Shown: one piece after another, positions 1 to 16,409 of the stretch | Layout: every line of letters starts with the position of its first letter | Numbering within the stretch: position 1 is the first letter of the stretch | Assembly: GCA_021613535.1 (NCBI GenBank) | Contig: CP075496.1 | Coordinates: forward strand, 11,222,001 to 11,286,000 | Origin: Adineta vaga | Taxonomy: Eukaryota > Animalia > Rotifera | Reading direction: 5' to 3' | Length of the DNA stretch: 64,000 nucleotides | Notes under the pieces: generated by a model | The model's database searches: none | The model's input: the letters and a program-made list of their open reading frames with translations, nothing else | Told to the model about the DNA's origin: nothing | Program-made: the position numbers and the translations under genes

Positions 1-3000
1 TTCTTTCAGTTCGTTATATCATTCATCGGAGAAAATTGTCTCATAGTGAGGTTATGTAGTTTATCAAATGAACTGAAATGTACATTAGGAATTTCATTTC
101 GAATAAAAATTAGGAAAGATCTATATTTTTCTAAGATTGATAGAATCAAAGACAATTTCTTGTGAAAAGCAGTTCAATTTCGATCTTGATAACGAAATTT
201 TTCTTTTTCAAGCTATAATTTGATCTTAAAATATAAATCAGCTTTCGTCGAGATTTCATTTGCTTGATCACTCTGATTTGATCCCTCTTCGTTTCGCTTC
301 ATATACACAACAATCGACACACATATATAGGTTCTTTTACTCTTCATCAATTGACAACAAACGATGCAATTTCATTTCAAACGATTCGGCAAAGTCAAGT
401 TCGTTTTTATGTACAAGCAAAATGAACAAGAACAGAATAGAAGAAATTATCGGTCGGCTTATTTCGCTCTTAAAGAGAATCGATAGGGTAAATGGTGGTG
501 AAAACGATCCTTATTTTTTAAGTCTATAAATGGGTGAGCACTTTTCTCTTTCTACCTCACTTTTCGTTCACATAGACTAATCCTTATTACGTCTTTGATG
601 TAATAGATGTGGGCTAAGTTGGTAGTGAAATAAAATTGCTTTCCTCACTTTCAAATAGGACAAAATGGCTGACGACATCTAATTATCGGATATTCTGATA
701 AAAGTGTCACACATAACAATGTTGTCTCTCTAGAGAAAGATATATAATAACAAACAATCAATTCCGATCAGGTGCTGAATGTTGCAAACAGGCAAACAAG
801 TAATCGATCATTTTTCGTTTTCAATGTGTGATGAAACAACAAATTCAAACTATTGAAATCAACAATTTCTAGTTAAAATTGACGAAAAAATTATCTTTGA
901 GAAAGAGATTATATGTCTCTTTCTTTTGTTTCTCATTCACTTTCGAATTAGGCATTTATTTTAAGCCGCAATGTTTTTATAGCATCTCTCATAGAGTTAT
1001 GCATTTTAAACTAGAAATGACCATCTCTCACCTCACTCTTCTTTTCTCACATTTGTTTTATCCACATTAATGTCGGGTGTCTAATTTAGACACATCATAT
1101 AGGAGACAATAAGAAGCAACGACAATTATCCCTTCTTTAAACAAATTATTCTTTTTTCAAACGTAATCTAGGAAATGTTCGTTTGGCAACTATTCTTATC
1201 TGTCTGCGCAAAATAGATATTGTTGACAGCTCAGGGTGAAGGACAATGGTTGTTATTTCAACCATGCACTTATTCTATGTATATGTATCAGGGTAAAACA
1301 AGGTTTCCTTAGGTGGATGTTTCTTTCATAAAAAGATAGTGCAAATCGATTCTCAGTTGATCATAAAAGTAATCTTAAGAAGATCTAGATTACTCAATAG
1401 TTGATTGAATAGAGTTAGAAAAACACTTCGTTTGAATCTTCGTTTTCCATGAAAAAGAAGGTTTCTATACAATTTCCCAACAGTTTATCGCTTGTAATAA
1501 TGAAAGATAGAAAATCATATTGACTGCATGTACTGTCAAAGCAAAAGGAACTTTTTATTTCATGTACATATGAGAAGAAATATATGTAACCAAGTTGTAT
1601 ACTTCTGAGATTTTAGGCAAAAGACTAAATATTGATTAACGCGTATATCTATATCAGTATTATTAAACTGAATCTTTTGAAAAGTGGCAGGTAGAGATAT
1701 GGAATTATGTAAATACATTTTCAATTGTAAATAGTTGTCAAAGAGAATGACTTCAAATAAATGTTAATTCAAATCCTTGTAGTAGTCATGCTGTCAAGTC
1801 GAACTTATTTTAAAAGCAATTCAATGAAATAAAAAGAATGCTGAATGTCGAAATGGAAGTAAACCTTGATCTAAACAAAAATTTTCATTTTGTCTTACTT
1901 TTATAGTAAATCATCCATTCAAGGGTGTATGTATTCTTTTTACTGTTTTGATATTTGCACCATAAATCTTTTCTTACGTAGAAAAGAAACCTATAGAAGT
2001 GGTTTTAAAGCAACAATATCTATATAATAGAATAATATTAACAAGAAACTGATGCAAATTAATTCAAATTCATATGGTGTTCATAATGTTATATACATAT
2101 ATAGTTGAATGTTTGGGATCACAAGAGAATGAATCATTGATACTATTTTTTCGTTGAAGATGAAGGTGGACTATTTAGTTAAGTTCGTGACCTTTCCATC
2201 ATATTCAAATTTGTTCCTTTTTTTCTGTAATTTTATCAATTACTCAGAAATATTATTATCATCTCAATCAATAGTAACATCTTGAACAAGGTTTTACAAT
2301 GTACACATTACATTATCATTAGAATAAAGATTATCATTTCAATCGTACATATCATCATTGAATAAAAGTAAGTAAAGAAGAGAACAAACACGCAATTCAC
2401 AACTATGCGACAAATAATATTATCTTGATTCAATGTCGTCAACATCTCTGACATGAATTGTCTACATGTCATGTTAGTTAGATAGATAGATGAGTAAATT
2501 ATTAAGTTTATTTTTTCATAAAACAAAACTTAGTTCATATTAGAACATCTTTGGTAGGTCTATTCTCTTAACATTATCTATTGAGAGAGAAATCTATTGT
2601 TTAAGAAAGAAAAATACACGGAAGATACATTATTATAAAGATTAGTAAACATCAATCTGTCTAAATCTGCTATTCAAAAAACATAATGATAAAATGATCA
2701 TTATTTGTCTCGTAAATGAACGACCATGTTGATCAGATGTTGAGAACAATTGGCTTTTCTTTCTTCTTCTGTTCTCATTATTATTTGATGGAGAAAAGAT
2801 TGGTTACATAAATAATAATTCTTCGTACAAGAAAATCAATTAAAACTGACTAAAACAACAGAGTTTCAGTTGGTTTGTGGTCATCATCTTTATATATTCT
2901 TTTTCCTAATACAACGGAGGACATATGTAAATTTCTTTCCTTTTTCTTTCTTTTTTTTGCGATGTTTATCGCAAAACGAAGATTTCACTTTTTTTTGTAT

Positions 3001-3339
3001 TTCATATGATTTACTTGCTTTCGAAATGCATATCTGTACTTTGTATGATCATACATCTATATGTATATATATATATATATGTGCACGGTTACTCGCTCGC
3101 TCGCTCGCTTGCTCTTTCGACAAGTAGCATCAGAAGTAGGGAGTAAAGAATGAGCGAAGAAGAAAAAAGAGTATGACGATGAGGAAGGAGAATATAGTCC
3201 CTCTCTCTCTCTCTCTCTTCATATAAAACGAATCATTGAATCACTTGATTTTTTTTCTCGTCTATCACAGTACTATAACTTTTCGTTATTACAAAATATT
3301 TCGATGTCATTCTATTCCATCAGTTATATATTTTAGATA

Positions 3340-6300
3340 ATGCCCGATTTAAAAAATAATGATGAACAAAATCAGCTAGTACAACAACAACAACAACAAT
3401 CACCACAACCGATTGTTTATGGTGAATTAGTTATACTTGGGTAAGTCAAAAATTTCACCATGTTTCAAGCAAATAAATGATTCAGGATCTATTTGTTTTT
3501 CTTCGGCAGCTTTGAGAAGATGATCTTTCGGTTCTAAATAGAATTCATTCGCTAATGCCCATGTACCCCAATGTATAGCAATAGATTTCTTTGATCCTGA
3601 ATCAACATGTATCTGTACAGATTCATCAGGTGATACATGCTGTGATTCCATCATCCAACGAGGTTCATAAGCACCGATAGGTATAGCACTTAAATCAAAT
3701 GGGCCATATTTTTTTCCAATTTGTTTGAATATAGATATTTTATCGGTATAACCAGTATCACCAGCAAAATAGAATTTATGTTGTTCGTTTTTAATTGCAT
3801 ATCCACCCCAAAGAGATTTATTTGTATCGAAAAGTGATCGTCGTGACCTAAAGGAAAATAGTTTAATAAATGAAATCTTTCTTAAAATGATAAAAAAAAC
3901 AACCAATGTTGAGCTGGACAAAATGCCACTTGGATATTTTTGTTTTTCTAAATAAATAATGTATAAATTCGTAGAAAACTATATTCCTAATCCTACTGGA
4001 TGTGTCCATTCTTGCCACCAGTCGAGTTCTACTACATTTTGTATATGACAGGCTAAAAACCAATCTCGTCCGCCTAATCCACAAAACCATGTTAATCTAT
4101 TTCCATAACGTCGATTTAAACTTTGAACACTCGGATAATCTAAATGATCGTAATGATTATGTGATATCATAATTGCTTCGAGATTGTCTGGCAGTTCATC
4201 TACTGTTAATGCTGGTGGACGAAATCGTTTAGGTCCGAAGTATGATGTTATACCACATCGTTCACTAAAAACAGGATCTGTTAAAAATACAAAATTTTCC
4301 ATTTGTACAAGACATGATGCATGGCCAATCCAGATAAATCTTATACCAGATACATTTGCTGTTATTTCATTTGGTTCATGTTTAATTATTGGTAAAAGTC
4401 TATTTAATTCAGCACGATCAGCTGGTAAATTGGTATTGTTCGGGGCACCGAATACCCACCGTAAGATTGTAAAAAACTAGGCATTCTAAAATCTGGATTG
4501 AATGCATTAATAAAACGTCCACCTTCTCGGCGTGATTTTACTAATTGATCATCAGAAGAAGATCGATCTTTGGTTGTTACAGCAGTATATTGAGTTGTTC
4601 GAGATTCAGTAGCCATATACCGATAAATTCTAACAACACAAACATACTAAGAAAGGAAATATTTTCTATTACTGTTCATTTAATTATATTGAAATGTTCT
4701 CAACATAATTAATGAAGACGGGAAAAAAAAAGAAAACATCATCTTAGCCATTTTTTAAAGTCGAACAAGGACAAATTAGCATAAATACAAGGCTATAAAC
4801 ACCATATACCTTCACTAATAATATTATTATATATATATATATATACAAATTTATCCTTATACTTCTTTTCTCTTTTAAGTCTATAGACTCTACTTGATAA
4901 GTATTGAATATATAAATCTGATCTTTCTTTTTTCTACTCAAGATACAATGGACAACTTCCCAATGGTGATCGTGGTAGACGAAAAAGTAAATTTCAACTT
5001 AAACAACGTGCACAAGCGAATGGTCTTAAAGCTCAACGACAATATATATGTAAAAATGCCGATGAAGTTCAGGTAGATAGAATTCTGATGAGAAATTCGA
5101 TTGTTTGAAATAATTGAAAAAGAAAATAGTCATATGTTATATGTCAACTAGAAGATAATTCATTTCGGATATGAAGTTAACAAAAAGAAAACATTAGATA
5201 AGGATGAGCATTACATCTGATGTAATCATATCTATGTGTAATCGATATGAAATCATTGTCAGACGAATAATGATTGATTGGACACGTATTGCGTGTTAAA
5301 TGATCATTGAGCAATCAATAGGTTTCATGTAAATAATCAAATGATTATGTACATGTTATTTCGATGAAAAGAATGAACAAAAGACATAAACGGATATTGT
5401 TATTGTTATTTTTCTTTTACTAGAAACTGATCCAAGCTGATATACATTCGATTTCATATACATTATCAAGAAATCAAACTATTGTTGTTCAATATGCACA
5501 TGATGAAAATTCTGATATGTTTCAAGTATAATGATCCATATTGTATAAATAAATAAATAATGAATGAATGAATCTGTTTAGATTGGTCGATCATCGGAAA
5601 GTCAAATCGATTGTGTAGTCATGGATACAGTTGCAGGAGCAAAAACGTTCGATGATTTAAATGTTTCTCAATCAACTATATCGCGTTATTCATGTCGAAT
5701 TGTTATATCTCGTCAACCACCATATACAGCACGTATTTACGCAGCTGGTTTTGATAATTCGAAAAATATTTTTCTTGGAGTAGGATATTTGTTCAAATGA
5801 CGTGGAATTTCTTTTACAATTGAAAATGTTCTTGCTTTTTTCTTTAAGGAAAAATCAATTAAATGGAAAAATAATCGAAATGAAATGGATGGTGTTACTA
5901 CTAATGGTATTTTACTAATGCATATTGATGGTGAGGATTTTAATACAAATTCTAAGCCAACGAAATGGAAAGAAGCGTCAGTCGGTGGAAATATATTTGA
6001 TTTAGGCGAAGGACGCTTAAAATTTAATTATCAAACAGTAGTAAGTTTTTGAATAGAGAAACTCAAACGAATCGTAATGTTTAATTTAGACTCCATCGGA
6101 TTCAGATAATGTTCTAAGAGATGGAACTTTGATTGATTTATGTGGAGCAACATTTCTTTGGCGATCAATTGAAGGATTAAAACATACACCAGTATGTATA
6201 TAGTTAATAATAGATAAACAGTTAGGATCAGTGTGACCATATGATTGAGTAAAAAAGATGTAATTAATTTGTAATTTATTGACTGTCTATTAGTTTAATA

Positions 6301-6979
6301 GAAAGTTAACAAATTCTAATCTGATTGAAATCTGTACCCAATCTGACTGTTTTTGTGCATGCTTAGTGAATGATGATTATTGTGGATGAAGAAAAATTGA
6401 AAATATTGACTTGATATTTCTTCATAGACTCGTCGATTTCTTGACAGTGAAGTCGATGAATTGAATTCCAAGAAACCACAATGTCCTGTTGGTTTACATA
6501 CATTAGTAATAAAAAATCATCCATTTTCTTCGTTATCAAACAATTTTGCTAATCCATATGTATATGTTTTATGTGGACATGTTCATGGTAATCATCAATG
6601 GGGGATGAAAAATGATAATAATCAATCGCGTGAATGTCCACTCTGTCGAACAGTTGGACCATTAATACCAATTACACCGGGTTTAGAATCTGCTTTTTAT
6701 GTCAAACCAAATAATAATAATGAATCAACGACTTCATATGCTTTTCATCCATGTGGGCATATGACATCACAATCGACAGCTTTATACTGGTCAAAAATTA
6801 AAATACCTTATGGTAAGCGAGAGAAAAACAAATTAAACTAATGAATCATCTTGAATTTCGTTTTGTTTTGTTTAGGAACCAAAGGTTTAAAAGCAGTGTG
6901 TCCATTCTGTTTAGTTGCTTTGTCAGAAACGAAACCATTTGTTCGCTTAATATTTCAAGATTCAATTTATCGACATTAA
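3340..6979 (+). CDS. PELI: Pellino E3 ubiquitin ligase (FHA + RING-like), 8 coding exons
   Basis: Spliced translation gives IVYGELVILG|YNGQLPNGDRGRRKSKF (intron 3441-4942), HSISYTLSRNQTIVVQYAHDENSDMFQ|IGRSSE, QSTISRYSCRI, RIYAAGFD, DGTLIDLCGATFLWRS, PQCPVGL, CGHVHG, CPLCR, FHPCGHM and CPFC. Stop TAA at 6977-6979. All introns are GT-AG and in phase. Confidence 0.96.
3427..4616 (-). CDS. NAPEPLD: N-acyl-phosphatidylethanolamine-hydrolysing phospholipase D (metallo-beta-lactamase fold); contains a -1 frameshift at ~4470-4476
   Basis: Exons 4616-3997, 3947-3904 and 3847-3427. Motifs: GRFINAF, LRW, WIGHAS, LTDPVFS, SHNHYDHLD, PAQHWSRR, FAGDTGY, PIGAYEPRW, IHWGTW. The N-terminal ~49 codons and the rest of the gene are in different frames. 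Confidence 0.92.
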
Positions 6980-7516
6980 CAGAAACTTAATCTCAATAAG
7001 AATAATTTTCTGTCCTATTTTTTTTAATGAAATCTTTTTTCTTCTCTGTTTTTCGTTGTTATATTCGCATTCTATTCACTATGATCAATTATGCACATGA
7101 TATTAAAATAAATTTCAAAAGAAAACTCTATGTAAAAAAAAGAAAAACATCTTACCAATTTTTTGATATGTTCTCGTGCAAAAAATGTCATATATTGAAA
7201 GAAAAATGCTTAATTCTTGTTTATGGAGAGACTTTTCTTTTTACAAGCATACCAAAAAACATTAAAATGAGTCATCTATTGACATCTAGCGACATCTCCC
7301 TTGCTGGAAAAAAACTGTCACATAAAAGTCTTTGATTTTCTGAAATTCTTTATATGAAATCTGTTTGTTTTTTTCATATAAATGATAGAATAGTTTAATA
7401 TCTTTAATATAATTCGTTAGAAATGATTAATATGTTTATCGTCATGTATTGCAATTGATTACATAAACAATAATACTAAACTAATATTTTCTCATTGCGA
7501 ACATCATTTTCTTCTA

Positions 7517-8494
7517 ATGGCTGGTCCTCTCTTACGAATTCTTATCCGTTTGAAAGCAAATAAATACCATCGAACACAAATAGCTGCTCGTTATCGAATT
7601 TTTGATTTATTCAAACAAATTGCAAAGGATCTTCATTTAACTATTGATCAATTATCAGATATATCTATCTATCGTAATGGACCCAATGGCTGTACATTAC
7701 TTTATCCTTTAAATAATACACAATATGATGTCTTCGATAAATATGGTTTATCGAGTGATGAAGAACTTTATTTAGATTTAAGTGATCTTATGCTCAATAA
7801 TGAAGATGAAGATGAAGATAATTTCACATCAACAAAAAATTCAATAGCAGCTAATACAACAGATAAAACTTTATCAACATTAGATCAATTAATACGATAT
7901 TCAGTACCGTCTGATAATAGTTGCTTATTTACATCAGTTGATTTTGTTTTACATAATGGTAAATTAGATTTATCATCAAACAAAAATCTTCGAAATTTAG
8001 TTGCAACAAAAATTGAATCTGATCAGGTGACTTATTCTGAAGCAATATTAGGTCAAACAAATGCTGATTATAGTAAATGGATTCGAAGAGGTAATTGAAA
8101 ATAAGAAATTATCTTGTTTAGTTGAATTCATTTAGATGATTCATGGGGTGGAGGAATTGAATTAGCTATACTTACTCAAGAATATGAAATTGAAATTTGT
8201 GTGATTAATACTGAATCAGGTGGAAGAATTGATTATTTCGGTGAAGATAGACATTTTCCTTATCGAGTTTTTTTACTCTACAATAATTTACATTATGATC
8301 CAGGTAAAGAATTTTTTTCGAGAAATTCCATTGAGAGAAAATTTTTCTTTTATTATTTAGTATATTTGTTAACATATGATATTGTTAAACAAGAAGAATT
8401 ATTACAAACAAAATTTCATCGAAATAATGAAAATATTCTTTCGTTAGTGAAAGATCTTGTGAATATTGAACAATCAACAAAATCAAATAAATGA
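7517..8494 (+). CDS. OTU1/YOD1-like deubiquitinase (OTU domain), 3 exons
   Basis: VPSDNSCLFTSV (Cys box), SWGGGIELAIL and LLYNNLHYDP (His box). Introns ~8092-8136 and 8304-8360. No C-terminal C2H2 finger. Confidence 0.88.
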
Positions 8495-8732
8495 ATGAAA
8501 TAGAGAATAGCTTCTTTTTAATATCGAAAAAAACAATTGTTGTGTGCGAGTGTGTTTGATGCCAAATTCTTCTTTCTTTTCATTTTGCTAATTGCTTTGT
8601 TGAAAAAAATCTATTTTTATCTCATGTATATATGAATATTTATCAAATATAAATATGATAGTTTTATTGTTTTTTATTTATTTCAATTCAGATTATGGTT
8701 TTTTTCAGAAAACAAACAACGCCATTGATAGA

Positions 8733-9665
8733 ATGATTTTGTAAGTAAATATTTTTCTAATTTTAATAAAACCAACATTCATTGGTAGAAGAAAAATTTT
8801 GAATCTTTTGAGTTTTTCTATAGTTTCATGTCAACCTTTCTTGTATGCATGACAAGGAAAGGGAAGTCAAACGTTTTCTAGCCGTCAGTAAATATTATTT
8901 ATGTATTTTGTATAATAAAATATGAAAAATAGTATAGAAGTCTTTCAAAAATGACAATAGGATATAACGATGCAGAATAACTTCCGATGGTGGTTGAATT
9001 TTTAGAACTATTCATGAGTTCTACTTTCAGTTGATTATCTGATAGAACTTAGAATCAATTATTTACCTGCATATGTCATATTTCACTATAAGGTATTAAT
9101 AGATCATTGCTAGAGTGACTACATCTTGCTAATATAGATTAAAATATTCAATTTATCAGCAAATATACACTGTCAGTCATGCGGTTACTATTGTCTCAGG
9201 ACACTATTTTATAAATGCTATTTAACTCCTCATAATTCATTGTAATTTATGCATTCATTTCTCGTCGTTACGAATATTTGAGTGATTTGATTCAAATCTT
9301 AGGAATGTATGAATCGATTTGATAGGATACTTAGAATAGTTATCAATACGAGATAAGAGATATTAGTAACAAAATAAAAATGGTCTTTTATCGATAAGAA
9401 ATGCTCCCTTTTTTGAAGGTCATATTTTTATTAATCGACAGGTTCGATTTCTTCCCATATATTCAAAGTTAATCAACCGATAGATACATAATATTGCACC
9501 TGACTATAACCTTGAAAAACAAAACTTTTCATGATCCTTTAATCGTGATATTCAAAGAAATGAATTGAATATTGGCTTCTTTTTTTAGTTCTCGTGATCC
9601 TATTGTGTCAACAAAACAATCCGAGCGTTCGTTCTCGAATAAAAATGTATCTTTGTCATCAAACG
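8733..9665 (+). CDS. Putative alternative 5' coding exons of PFKFB (8733-8740 and 9589-9665)
   Basis: ATG ATT TT|gtaagt (phase 2) is followed by ttttttag|77-nt stop-free exon|gtaaat (ends in phase 1). This joins shared exon 10963 in frame and gives MIFSRDPIVSTKQSERSFSNKNVSLSSNACRDRLVRTPTVI. Confidence 0.55.
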
Positions 9666-10537
9666 GTAAATATCAAAAACTATCTTCAAATATTTCTTAT
9701 TTACGTTTCTAATCGATTGATTTCATTCATCGTATTCATGTTCTTCTTATTTTTATAAAATAATCAGATTAATTTTCATAATGTAAATGATTCTTTTCAA
9801 TATCAAAATAGTTCGAATTAGTGCAGCACAAAAACAACGGTAGAAAAACGAAAATATGTCAATATATGATTAAAATAATCAAAACTATAAAATCCTTTCT
9901 CTATCGTTTCCAGTCTTGTTTTCTGCTATTCTTCAGAGAATGCGTTAGCACGTGATAATGAAAAGAAAACGAAAATGATATTGCTTTATATATATATAGA
10001 AAAATAAGAAAGAAGTACTAAGGAAAAGTCATATGATTTGCTGTTAGATAAGTTCTTCGTTCGTCTGAAAGAAGAAAATAGCATATCATCGATTGTGTAC
10101 TTATCGTATGTATTTATGTTAAGGAAAAGAAGTTATCGAAAAAGATTGTTAGTAATTATTTTGATCGTTGTGAAGAAATTCGACTAGATTTTTTTTCTAC
10201 AGAGAAAATTTATCTTCAACAATGAGATGAACGGTATTTGAAAAATTTTCTTTTGCCTTTAGTATTTCGTAAACTGGACGCGTAAGTACGGCGACTAAAA
10301 GAAAGAAGAAAAAGAACGAGAGAAAAACAAGAAGAAGACGAAGAAGAAAAACCGACCCGACGATCAGTTTTTCTTTCTAATCGACACATCAATATTACTA
10401 TTTGCTTGGTAAGAAGAAAAAAGTATATATATATATCTACTATATAATTGACTGTTCGTTTATGAGAGTAGAACATCTGTCAACTGTTTGTACCTTTTTG
10501 TGTGCCTTTACATTAAAAAAAACGAAGTTAAACGATC

Positions 10538-13698
<3,161 letters not shown>

Positions 13699-13926
13699 AA
13701 TGAAAGAACATTAAAATATGGTGGTTGTTTATTTTATTTTTATTGCTATTAACCATTTATTTGTATGTTTTTAAATATACACATATACATTTATCATTAA
13801 TCTGTTTGTCAACCTCGTTTTTTTTTCTATTATTTCATTTCTTGATATTAGTTTTACAAGAGATTTCTATACTTTTCAACTGTGAAAAAGAACACGAAAT
13901 AAACGTATTTGATAATAAATTTCTAG

Positions 13927-16409
13927 ATGGATTCGAATGATAGAATACAAACTGAAAGTAATGATGAACCAGTTCGAAAACGAATACGTACCGGTATGTA
14001 TATGGAAAGATATTGATTGATTCAATTTTATCAAATATTATTGAATAACTTCAAATTGTGATAAGTCTTATAAAGAATCATAAAATTTGATTTCATTGCA
14101 TCTAGAAACAAAACGTTTATAAACTATGTATATTATAGAACCTTCACCAGATAATAATCCTGAAGAAGCAGTTGGTATTAGTCAATTCTTATCGAATAAT
14201 GAAGGTTTTGATGGTATAATCAAATATCGGTATGAAATATTCTCTTCAACGATCTTGATTTTCCTATTCTATAAATAGATATTCGGATTTTCTTGTTAAT
14301 GAAATTTCATCCAATGGTACTGTTATTCATTTAACTGATTTATCATGTCCAGAATATGATCAGCACAACTCGAGTCCATCCATAGTTAGATTAATCAAAT
14401 ACAACAATTTTATCATCTAAATTTTCATTCATTTCATATAGGATATTCCACTCAATGAAGAAATTATCAATCGTCTCAAAACATTATCTAAAACACATGA
14501 TAAAGATATTATTTCCATTCCTGTTGGTAAAAACCCAACAAAAATTATATTAGAATAATAAACAAAGAAAGTTTTTGTCTGTTCTTATATCTAGATAATC
14601 TAACAAAAGAACAACGTACAGCTATACATCATTTTGTTCGTTCGATTGATGTGAATCTCAAAAGTGAATTAATCAATAATTCTATTCAAGTGACATATCA
14701 ACGTAATTGAAGATTTGAATGTTTTCATTGTGTTCTTTTCTTCGTTTTTTTTTCTCTAGCTATTGCTCATCAAGTTCGTCGATCAACCGATCAATGGCCA
14801 GATAAATCTAAACCATACATAAAATTCGTTCTTTACAAAGAAAATCGTGATACTATGGATGCAATTCAATCAATAGCTGCAAGTTTAAAGTAAAGAAAAT
14901 GGTAATTAGATTTAAATATCTTTGTTTTCTTGTTTAGTATGAATACATCATTATTTCAATATGCTGGTATAAAAGATAAACGTGGTAAAACATGTCAAGA
15001 AATAACAATTCACAAGTAAATGATTTCGAAATTAAAAGAGAATTGCACTGTTCTATTGTATTTTCTTTCATTTTAGAGTATTACCAATTAAATTTAAAAA
15101 TATCAATCAACGTTTACCAGCAATTAAAGTAGGAAATTTTGAATTATGTCAAGCACCTTTACGTCTTGGACAATTACAAGGCAATCGTTTTGAAATATTT
15201 ATTCGGTTAGTTTTCTTTTTAATCAAATTTAATCCTCCTATTAAATATATATTTATTAGTGACATTCCTCTGAAATCTTCCGAACATATTGAAACATGTG
15301 TGAACAGTTGCATAGAAAAAGGCTTTATTAATTATTTTGGTTTACAACGGTTTGGTTCACGTACATTAGCAACACAAACAGTTGGAAAGTAAATGAGTTT
15401 TTTTTTGTCTCTACTTCATCTATTGTTTTTCATTCCTTAAAGATATTTACTCCGACATGACTGGTCACTTGCAATTGATGCTATATTAGCTTATGATGAA
15501 ACAATAACACACGATTGGCTTCGTCAATTATTGAATCAATGGAATAAAACGCATGATATTAAAACTATACTTGATGGAACTATACCATATCGTCGTTCAA
15601 TTGAAGTCGATCTTCTTCGTGGTCTACAAAAACATAATCAAACAGATTTAATTGGAGCACTTTCATGTATTCCACGAAATACTCGTCTACTCTATTTACA
15701 TGCATATCAATCCATGATATGGAATAAAATTGTTTCAAGACGTTTAATTACATATGGCATGGAAATACTCATCGGTGATCTTTATATTAATGATATAAAT
15801 AATGATAATCAAGTTTCCTATGTAACGGAACAAAATCAAAAAGAGATTAAACTTGAACAGATTGTTTTACCATTACCTGGTTATGATATTAAATATCCAT
15901 TGAATGATATTCATTCATGGTATCGTGATTTATTAAATGAAGATAATATAAATATTGATCAAATGAAATATCATGTAAAAGATTATAGTTTACCAGGAAA
16001 TTATCGACAATTTATCGTTCATCCTGGTGATATTGAATATCGCATTGTTTATTACGATAATATTAATGATGATCCGTTACATAGTGATTACGATCGTTTG
16101 ATGAAACATGAAATGAGTAACTAAGAAAGATTTCTCTTTTAAATTGTTACTACTTATTTTTATTTTATTTATTTAGATGTTCCATGTGAAATGAAGAAAT
16201 ATATGGGTTTAATTCTCGCATTTTCATTACCGAAATCTTCGTATGCAACAATGGCATTACGTGAAATATTACATCGCAATGAATCCAAACTTCAAACTCA
16301 TCATCAAGAACAACAAAAACAACAACAACAGGATCAGTCTTCATCAACAAATCAAACAGATGGTAATCAAGAAGCAGACGAAGAAGAAATAGAAGACGTG
16401 ATTGTGTGA
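13927..16409 (+). CDS. PUS7: Pseudouridine synthase 7 (TruD family)
   Basis: GIIKYRYSDFLVNEI, FVLYKENRDTMDA, catalytic AGIKDKRG, LGQLQGNRFEI, GFINYFGLQRFG, YLHAYQSMIWN, LPLPG, LPGNYR and FSLPKSSYATMALRE. Confidence 0.95.

Noticed and set aside
260-3127. Short ORFs in the first 3 kb, and a possible ATGG|gtgag exon at ~530
   Set aside because: Low-complexity F/I/K-rich translations with no motifs, and the phase does not fit the Pellino exons.
4184-4480. 98-aa plus-strand ORF
   Set aside because: Antisense shadow of the NAPE-PLD exon.
4477-4545. Possible intron that would bypass the NAPE-PLD frameshift (gtaaaa...cctag on the minus strand)
   Set aside because: It would delete the family-conserved GRFxN segment and the donor is weak. 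Not formally excluded without cDNA.
6979-7517. Pellino>OTU1 as an operon junction
   Set aside because: The gap is larger (537 nt) and there is no T-rich AG directly before the OTU1 ATG.
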